Shown here piece by piece: positions 54,797 to 64,000 of a stretch of 64,000 nucleotides of DNA. The notes under the pieces were generated by a model, which saw nothing but the letters and a program-made list of their open reading frames with translations, ran no database searches and was not told the DNA's origin. Source of the stretch: a virus; IMG/VR virus record IMGVR_UViG_2974496990_000001, positions 47,606 to 111,605 of that record; one strand, written 5' to 3'. A program made the position numbers and the translations under genes. Numbering within the stretch: position 1 is the first letter of the stretch; each line of letters opens with the position of its first letter.

Positions 54797-55662
54797 ATGT
54801 TTGGACATTGGTACAATTCGTCTTTACGCCGCTATATCGTGTTAATGGGTGATTTGTTTTCCCATGTTCAAATTGCACGCCAGCGTTCAGACGGCGAAAG
54901 ATATATTAAGGTGCCTATTACATACGCATCTAAAGAACATTTCATGGCACAGATTAATAAGTGGACGGCTATTCAAAACCTTCCTCCAGACCCTAATCAG
55001 TGTTCAAAAGAAGAATACATGACGGCCAAGGCTAAAATTGAAACGGTTCTCCCTCGTATGAACCTTCATTTAGTCGATATGATGTACAACTCACAATATA
55101 AAACATCTATCCAAAACCGTACTTTGGCCCAGTATCAAAATGGTGACCCACGTAAACCTATTTCACAGTTTGCGCCAGTCCCAATGAAAATGATTTTTGA
55201 ATTAGGCATTCATACTCGTAATCAAGATGACATGTTCCAGATTATCGAACAGATTATGCCTTATTTCCAGCCACACTTTAATACAACAATAACGGAAATC
55301 TATACGAATGAAATCAAGTTCGAACGTGATGTCCGTATCGTATTTCAGTCTTTGGCAATGGATGAACAAGTAGAAGGCGATAATATTTCTCGTCGTAGAC
55401 TTGAATGGTCTGTTATGTTCGAAGTTAATGGATGGTTATATCCGCCAGTTTCAGATTTGAATGGCGAGATTCGCACTGTTTATTTGGATTTCTTTGCCAA
55501 CAGTAAAGAATTGAATCCGGAAGGTAATTTTGAATCGGTTGACACTGAAGTAGTTCCAAGAGATGTTGAAGAAGAAGATTGGGACGGAACTTCTAAACAA
55601 ACTTATTCTCATGATATTCCTATTCCGGTTGACCCTAACCCACCTGGCCCTAGAGGTACATA

Positions 55663-55663
<1 letters not shown>
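54797..55663 (+). CDS. 15: Tail sheath terminator gp15
   Basis: [21 protein letters not shown]. Confidence 0.95.
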
Positions 55664-57985
<2,322 letters not shown>

Positions 57986-58012
57986 AAATAAAGCAATTAC
58001 TGAGGACATATT

Positions 58013-59992
58013 ATGTTACTATCTCCGGGCATTGAGCTCAAAGAAACCAGTGTACAGAGCACTGTGGTTCGTAACGCTACGGGTCGTGCTGCTCTGGTTG
58101 GTAAATTCCAGTGGGGTCCTGCATTCCAGGCCGTACAGATTACCAACGAAGTAGAGCTGGTTGACACGTTTGGTACACCAAATAATGATGTAGCCGATTA
58201 TTTCATGAGTGGCATGAACTTCCTGCAATATGGTAACGACTTACGTACTGTTCGTGTTGTTAACCGTGATGCTGCTAAGAACGCTTCTCCTGTAGCAGGC
58301 AACATCGAATCAACAATTAATACCGCTGGTTCTAACTATAAAGTTGGCGATGCAATTCGAGTTAAACGTCTGACCGATGTTATCGAATCTGAAGGTAAAA
58401 TTACTAAAGTAGGAACTGGTGGTCAAATCCAGGCTGTATTCATTCCTTCTGGTAAAATTATCGCTCATGCTAAATCAGTAGGTGAATATCCTAATTTAGG
58501 TTCCGCATGGACTGCCGAAATTACCTCGAGTTCTTCTGGTGTTTCCGGTACTATTTCTATCGGCGCTATTGAAACCGATTCCGGTATTCTTCTGACCGAA
58601 GCAGAATCTGCTCTGAGCGAAATCCAGTCTCTGGAATTCCAGGCAGAACTGGCGAAATATTCTATGCCTGGTATCGTAGCCCTTTATCCTGGTGAAATCG
58701 GTTCTACTATTGAAGTTGAAGTAGTTTCTTATGCTGATTATCAGAAAGGAAATGCTCTTCAGCTGCCAATTTACCCTACTGGTGGTACTCGTGCTTCCGT
58801 AGCTAAGGCTATTTTCAATTACGGCCCACAGACTGAAAACCAGTACGCAATTATTGTTCGTCGTGATGGCGCAGTGGTTGAAAACGTAATTCTGTCTACC
58901 CTTCGTGGTGAAAAAGACGTTTACGGTAATAACATCTTTATGGATGATTATTTCGCTAAAGGTACAAGCAACTACATCTTCGCTACTTCTCTGAACTGGC
59001 CAGCCGGTTTCAGCGGTGTAATTAAGATGCAAGGTGGTTTGTCAGCAAACGATCAAGTTACCGCTGGTGACCTGATGCAAGGTTGGGACCTGTTCGCAGA
59101 TCGTGAAGCCCTGCATATTAACCTGTTAATTGCAGGTGCTTGTTCCGGTGAAGGTGATGCTACTGCTTCTACTGTACAGAAACACGTTGTGTCTATTGCA
59201 GACGAACGTCAGGATTGCCTGGCATTTATTTCTCCGCCTAAAGGTCTGATGGTTAACGTTCCACTTCAGCGTGCTGTTGATAACCTTATCGATTGGCGTG
59301 GTGGTACTGGTGCATTCGACACCGATAACATGAACATAAGCACGACTTATGCTGCTATCGATGGCAACTATAAATATCAATATGATAAGTACAATGATGT
59401 GAACCGTTGGGTTCCGTTAGCTGCCGATATGGCTGGTCTGTGTGCTCGTACGGATGACGTAAGTCAGCCTTGGATGTCTCCAGCCGGTTATAACCGTGGT
59501 CAGTTACTGAACGTTATTAAACTTGCTATTGAGCCTCGTCAGTCTCATCGTGATCGTATGTACCAGGACGGTATCAACCCAGTTGTTGGTTTTGCTGGTG
59601 GTGATGGCTTTGTTCTGTTTGGCGATAAAACTGCGACTAAGGTTCCGTCTCCGATGGACCACATCAACGTACGTCGTCTGATGAACATGCTCAAGAAAAA
59701 TATCGGTGATGCTTCTAAATACAAACTGTTCGAGCTGAACGATAACTTCACTCGCTCTAGTTTCCGTATGGAAACAGCCCAGTACTTGGCTGGTATTAAA
59801 GCATTGGGTGGTATTTACGAAGGTCGTGTGGTTTGTGATACTACGAACAACACCCCGTCCGTTATCGACCGTAACGAGTTCGTAGCTTCTATCTACGTTA
59901 AACCTGCACGTAGCATCAACTATATCACTCTGAACTTCGTAGCAACCTCTACAGGTGCCGACTTCGACGAGTTGATTGGTCCTGCTCAGTAA
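58013..59992 (+). CDS. 18: Tail sheath protein gp18
   Basis: LLSPGIELKETS; 659 aa; RINVRRL-like HINVRRL; YITLNFVAT. Confidence 0.97.
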   Translation: MLLSPGIELKETSVQSTVVRNATGRAALVGKFQWGPAFQAVQITNEVELVDTFGTPNNDVADYFMSGMNFLQYGNDLRTVRVVNRDAAKNASPVAGNIESTINTAGSNYKVGDAIRVKRLTDVIESEGKITKVGTGGQIQAVFIPSGKIIAHAKSVGEYPNLGSAWTAEITSSSSGVSGTISIGAIETDSGILLTEAESALSEIQSLEFQAELAKYSMPGIVALYPGEIGSTIEVEVVSYADYQKGNALQLPIYPTGGTRASVAKAIFNYGPQTENQYAIIVRRDGAVVENVILSTLRGEKDVYGNNIFMDDYFAKGTSNYIFATSLNWPAGFSGVIKMQGGLSANDQVTAGDLMQGWDLFADREALHINLLIAGACSGEGDATASTVQKHVVSIADERQDCLAFISPPKGLMVNVPLQRAVDNLIDWRGGTGAFDTDNMNISTTYAAIDGNYKYQYDKYNDVNRWVPLAADMAGLCARTDDVSQPWMSPAGYNRGQLLNVIKLAIEPRQSHRDRMYQDGINPVVGFAGGDGFVLFGDKTATKVPSPMDHINVRRLMNMLKKNIGDASKYKLFELNDNFTRSSFRMETAQYLAGIKALGGIYEGRVVCDTTNNTPSVIDRNEFVASIYVKPARSINYITLNFVATSTGADFDELIGPAQ

Positions 59993-60075
59993 GACGGCGC
60001 CAGGGCTCTTTAATTAGGGCCCTGACAATATCTTATCAGGTAAAAATTAAATTCAACAGGCTCCGCCTGGAACGT

Positions 60076-60083
60076 TATAAATA
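60076..60083 (+). promoter_or_regulatory. Late promoter of gene 19
   Basis: TATAAATA. Confidence 0.85.
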
Positions 60084-60094
60084 AAGAGAGAACT

Positions 60095-60586
60095 ATGGAA
60101 CTTACCGATATCACTCGCGCTTTTGAATCAGGTGACTTCGCACGTCCTAACCTGTTCGAAGTTGAAATTCCTTTCTTAGGAAAAAACTTCAGCTTCAAAT
60201 GTAAAGCGGCCCCTATGCCAGCAGGCATCGTAGAAAAAGTACCAGTCGGTTATATGAACCGTAAAATCAACGTAGCGGGCGACCGTACATTTGATGATTG
60301 GACAATTACAATCTATAACGATGATGCTCATGACACTCGTCAGGCCATTGTTGATTGGCAGAATCTTTGCCATGGTATGACCAATGAAATTACTGGTGCA
60401 GCACCGGCAGAATATAAAAAAGTTGCAACCGTTCGTCAATTCCATCGTGATGGTAAGACCATTACTAAAGAAGTGACTATTACCGGTTTGTGGCCTACCA
60501 ACGTTGGTGAAGTTCAGATGGACTGGGACAGCAATAACGAAGTTGAAACATTTGAAACAACCTTCGCTATTGACTGGTGGGAATAA
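60095..60586 (+). CDS. 19: Tail tube protein gp19
   Basis: DITRAFESGDFARPNLF; AGDRTFDDWT. Confidence 0.97.
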   Translation: MELTDITRAFESGDFARPNLFEVEIPFLGKNFSFKCKAAPMPAGIVEKVPVGYMNRKINVAGDRTFDDWTITIYNDDAHDTRQAIVDWQNLCHGMTNEITGAAPAEYKKVATVRQFHRDGKTITKEVTITGLWPTNVGEVQMDWDSNNEVETFETTFAIDWWE

Positions 60587-60589
60587 GCA

Positions 60590-60626
60590 TATAAATAGTA
60601 TTATCAAGGAGACTTCGGTCTCCTTT
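60590..60626 (+). promoter_or_regulatory. Late promoter plus stem-loop upstream of gene 20
   Basis: TATAAATA at 60590-60597; AAGGAGAC-TTCG-GTCTCCTT. Confidence 0.75.
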
Positions 60627-60645
60627 CCCTACTTCGGAGACTCTA

Positions 60646-62223
60646 ATGGCAGCATTTAATAATAACATACTAAGTATTTTTGCTCCGTGGGCAAAAGCCG
60701 ACGAGCTTGAATACAAAGAACAATTAAACAACGATTTAGAGTCCATCACGGCGCCGAAGTTAGATGATGGAGCTCGTGAAGTCGAAGCTCAAGAACGTGA
60801 TGTCCCATATAACGCGTTGATGCAACAGATGTTCGGTACTAATGAACCGTTCATGAAAAATACGCGTGAACTTATTGACACGTATCGTAATTTAATGAAT
60901 AACTACGAAGTTGATAACGCTGTTGCAAACATTGTTTCTGATGCTATCGTCTATGAAGATGACCATGATGTGGTTTCATTAAATCTTGACGGTACCAAGT
61001 TTAGTCAAAATATTAAAGATAAAATTCTTGAAGAGTTCGGTGATGTTTTAAATTGCCTGAACTTCCAACGTAAAGGCACCGACCATTTCCAACGTTGGTA
61101 TGTGGATTCACGAATCTTCTTCCATAAGATTATTAACGTGAACAAACCAAAAGAAGGTATTCAAGAACTTCGTCGTTTAGACCCACGCCAATTACAGTTC
61201 GTTCGTGAAGTTGTTACTAAAAACGAAGCTGGTGTAAAAATTGTAGAAGGATATCGTGAATATTTCATCTATGATACTGGTCTAGAAAGTTATTCGTGCG
61301 ATGGGCGCATTTACGAAGCCGGAACAAAAATTAAAATTCCACGGGCTGCAATCGTATATGCTCATTCGGGTTTGTTATCATGTTGTGGTAAGAACATTAT
61401 CGGTTATTTGCATCGCGCAATTAAACCAGCAAACCAGTTAAAATTAATGGAAGATGCGTTAGTCATCTACCGTATTACCCGTGCTCCCGACCGTCGTGTA
61501 TTCTACATTGATACCGGCAACATGCCTTCACGTAAGGCCGCAGCACACATGCAACATATTATGAACACGATGAAAAACCGTGTCGTATATGATGCCACGA
61601 CAGGTAAAATTAAAAACCAGCAACACAATATGTCTATGACTGAAGACTATTGGCTGCAGCGTCGTGATGGTAAAGCAGTTACCGAAGTTGATACCATGCC
61701 TGGTGCTACTGGCATGTCGGATATGGACGATGTTCGTTATTTCCGCCAGTGCTTATATCGTGCTCTGCGTATTCCTGAATCACGTATTCCTAGTGACCAG
61801 AACAGCGGTGTGATGTTTGATGCAGGTACAACTGTTTCACGTGATGAACTTCAGTTTGCTAAATGGATTCGTCAGCTTCAAAACAAATTTGAGGAAATAT
61901 TCCTCGACCCTCTGAAGACCAACTTAATTCTGAAGAAAATCATCACAGAAGATGAGTGGAATGAAGAGATAAATAATATTAAAGTTGTGTTTAACCGTGA
62001 TAGCTATTTCAGCGAAATGAAAGATGCCGAAATCATGGAACGCAGAATCAATATGCTAACAATGGCTGAGCCGTTTATCGGTAAATATATTTCCCATAAT
62101 ACAGCTATGAAGGATTTCCTTCAGATGTCTGATGAGGAAATTAACCAAGAAGCTAAGCAAATTGAATTAGAGTCCGATGAGGCTCGTTTCCAAAACCCAG
62201 ACGAAGAAGAAGAGGAATTCTAA
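60646..62223 (+). CDS. 20: Portal protein gp20
   Basis: RWYVDSR; [20 protein letters not shown]; [10 protein letters not shown]. Confidence 0.97.
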   Translation: MAAFNNNILSIFAPWAKADELEYKEQLNNDLESITAPKLDDGAREVEAQERDVPYNALMQQMFGTNEPFMKNTRELIDTYRNLMNNYEVDNAVANIVSDAIVYEDDHDVVSLNLDGTKFSQNIKDKILEEFGDVLNCLNFQRKGTDHFQRWYVDSRIFFHKIINVNKPKEGIQELRRLDPRQLQFVREVVTKNEAGVKIVEGYREYFIYDTGLESYSCDGRIYEAGTKIKIPRAAIVYAHSGLLSCCGKNIIGYLHRAIKPANQLKLMEDALVIYRITRAPDRRVFYIDTGNMPSRKAAAHMQHIMNTMKNRVVYDATTGKIKNQQHNMSMTEDYWLQRRDGKAVTEVDTMPGATGMSDMDDVRYFRQCLYRALRIPESRIPSDQNSGVMFDAGTTVSRDELQFAKWIRQLQNKFEEIFLDPLKTNLILKKIITEDEWNEEINNIKVVFNRDSYFSEMKDAEIMERRINMLTMAEPFIGKYISHNTAMKDFLQMSDEEINQEAKQIELESDEARFQNPDEEEEEF

Positions 62224-62489
62224 TGGAAGATTTAATCGAAGCTATTAAATCAAACGACCTCGTCGCAGTCCGTAAGGCATTTAGTACCTTGATGACTGAG
62301 AAGAAAACTAGTTTGATTGAAGAGCGTAAGGTCGAAATCGCTCGTTCCGTAATGATTGAAGGCGAAGAAGCTGAAGACGACGAGGACGATGAAGACGAAG
62401 GTAAAGACAAAGACGACAAATCTGATAAAGATGACAAGTCCGATAAGTCTGACAAAAAGCCTGGTAAAGACGATAAAGAGGAAGAATAA
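62223..62489 (+). CDS. 67: Prohead core protein gp67
   Basis: [19 protein letters not shown]; acidic tail. Confidence 0.9.
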   Translation: MEDLIEAIKSNDLVAVRKAFSTLMTEKKTSLIEERKVEIARSVMIEGEEAEDDEDDEDEGKDKDDKSDKDDKSDKSDKKPGKDDKEEE

Positions 62490-62917
62490 TGTTCCTTATC
62501 CCTGATGAATATGAATTAGTAACGGAAAACGTTGACAAGTTAATTCCAGAAGCACAGGGTCGTTTTGCCGAATTATCTGCAGCATTAGATAAAGCAGATA
62601 TAAATAATCTTGTAGAGAACATGATTGCAGGTGGTGATATCGAAATGGGTATCGCACTTGGTTCATTGAATGAAGAAATGCAGTTAGACGAATTCATCGT
62701 AAAACACGTTTCTTCTCGCGGTGAACTTACGCGTACTAAAGACCGTAAGACACGTGAGCGCAATGCATTCCAGACTACCGGATTATCTAAAGCAAAACGT
62801 CGTCAGATTGCTCGCAAAGCATCTAAGACCAAACGTGCTAATCCTTCTATTCAGGTTCGTGGTGAGCGTAAACGTAAAAAAGCTCGTGCGAAACGTAAAG
62901 CATTTGGACTCTCATAA
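62489..62917 (+). CDS. 68: Prohead core protein gp68
   Basis: MFLIPD.YELV.EN; [19 protein letters not shown]. Confidence 0.93.
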   Translation: MFLIPDEYELVTENVDKLIPEAQGRFAELSAALDKADINNLVENMIAGGDIEMGIALGSLNEEMQLDEFIVKHVSSRGELTRTKDRKTRERNAFQTTGLSKAKRRQIARKASKTKRANPSIQVRGERKRKKARAKRKAFGLS

Positions 62918-63546
62918 TGAATGAACCCATGTTACTAATTGAAACATGGGGTCAGCCAGGCGAGATTAAAGACGGTGTTCCTATGATGGAATCCCACGAT
63001 GGAACGGAATCTGGTTTAAAGCCAGGCCTTTATATCGAAGGTGTCTTTATGCAAGCCGAAGTAGTTAACCGTAATAAACGCCTTTATCCTAAACGTATTT
63101 TGGAAAAAGCCGTGGCCAATTATATGGCTGAACAGGTTGCTACTAAACAAGCACTTGGAGAATTAAACCATCCACCTCGTGCAAATGTTGACCCTATGCA
63201 AGCCGCTATTATTATCGAAGATATGTGGTGGAAAGGCAACGACGTATATGGTCGTGCAAGAATTATTGAAGGTGACCACGGTCCGGGTGATAAACTCGCT
63301 GCTAATATCCGTGCTGGTTGGGTTCCTGGTGTCTCTAGTCGAGGTCTAGGCTCTTTAACTAAATCGCCTAAAGGATATAACATCGTTAACGAAGGTTTTA
63401 AATTGACGGTGGGTGTTGACGCTGTATGGGGTCCTAGTGCTCCTGATGCATGGGTTACGCCAAAACAAATTACTGAATCTACTGAAGATTACAGTGCCGA
63501 TAACGAATTCCTTGCTCTTGCTAAAGCACTCAAGAATTCGTTATAA
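62917..63546 (+). CDS. 21: Prohead protease gp21
   Basis: LYIEGVFMQAEVVNRN, GELNHP, GVSSRGLGS. Confidence 0.96.
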   Translation: MNEPMLLIETWGQPGEIKDGVPMMESHDGTESGLKPGLYIEGVFMQAEVVNRNKRLYPKRILEKAVANYMAEQVATKQALGELNHPPRANVDPMQAAIIIEDMWWKGNDVYGRARIIEGDHGPGDKLAANIRAGWVPGVSSRGLGSLTKSPKGYNIVNEGFKLTVGVDAVWGPSAPDAWVTPKQITESTEDYSADNEFLALAKALKNSL

Positions 63547-63549
63547 ATA
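63542..63549 (+). promoter_or_regulatory. Late promoter of gene 22
   Basis: TATAAATA. Confidence 0.85.
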
Positions 63550-63578
63550 ATTATGTAACTTAACAACAGGACTACAAA

Positions 63579-64000
63579 ATGCTTAAAGAACAACTTATCG
63601 CTGAAGCTCAGACTATTGATGCTTCCGTTGCTCTTGACAGTATTTTCGAAACAGTTAATCTGTCCCCGGAAGCTAAAGAGACCTTTGGCACTGTATTCGA
63701 AGCAACCGTCAAGCAGCACGCCGTTAAATTGGCAGAATCTCACATTGCTCTTATCGCTGAAAAAGCTGAAGAAGCAGTAGAAAAAAATAAAGAAGAAGCC
63801 GAAGAAAAAGCTGATAAAAAAATCGCTGAATCTGCCGGTAAATTCTTAGACCATATCGCTAAAGAATGGATGGCTGAAAACCAGGTTGCTATCGACCGTG
63901 GTATCAAAGCAGACCTGTTCGAATCGATGGTTGGTGGTCTTAAAGAACTGTTCGTTGAACATAACGTTGTTATTCCAGAAGAAGCCGTGGACGTAGTCGC
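63579..64000 (+). CDS. 22: Prohead core scaffold gp22 (truncated by the window end)
   Basis: MLKEQLIAEAQTIDASVALDSIFE; open to the edge. Confidence 0.92.
   Translation, partial: MLKEQLIAEAQTIDASVALDSIFETVNLSPEAKETFGTVFEATVKQHAVKLAESHIALIAEKAEEAVEKNKEEAEEKADKKIAESAGKFLDHIAKEWMAENQVAIDRGIKADLFESMVGGLKELFVEHNVVIPEEAVDVV

Noticed and set aside
62340-62489. DKDDKSDK micro-repeats in gene 67
   Set aside because: A low-complexity charged tail is normal for gp67; not a separate element

Overview
The whole window is part of a T4-like lytic phage genome (Straboviridae, probably Tevenvirinae, enterobacterial host). It has GTTTAC-type early promoters, MotA-box middle promoters and TATAAATA late promoters. 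Bases 1 to ~33.4 kb are the minus-strand accessory region. It contains nrdC.10/nrdC.11, rI, tk, vs, regB, acb2 (vs.4), denV, internal head proteins, e, nudE, e.6, a tRNA array with two homing endonucleases, and acb1 (57B). Bases ~33.4-36.3 kb hold 57A, 1, 3, 2 and 4 on the minus strand. From 36.4 kb onward is the plus-strand virion module: 53, 5, 5.1, 5.4, 6-12, wac, 13-21 and the start of 22. The most unusual features are: (i) five paralogous small acidic proteins that all end in W-x-(S/P)-S-S-x(0-3)-Cys, next to an uncharacterised nucleotidyltransferase-like gene; (ii) a tRNA array interleaved with about eight structured non-tRNA units, including tRNA mimics and a tRNA with an exact 27-nt deletion; (iii) a 272-nt structured leader with a duplicated motif upstream of vs.8; (iv) inverted repeats across or around the -10 element in most early promoters; (v) a stand-alone YadA-type anchor gene, a late collagen-repeat gene inserted in the early region, a two-gene insert between genes 8 and 9, and a fibritin with two foldons. 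All homology calls come from motif recognition and recalled T4 sequences and synteny. No database search or folding calculation was run.
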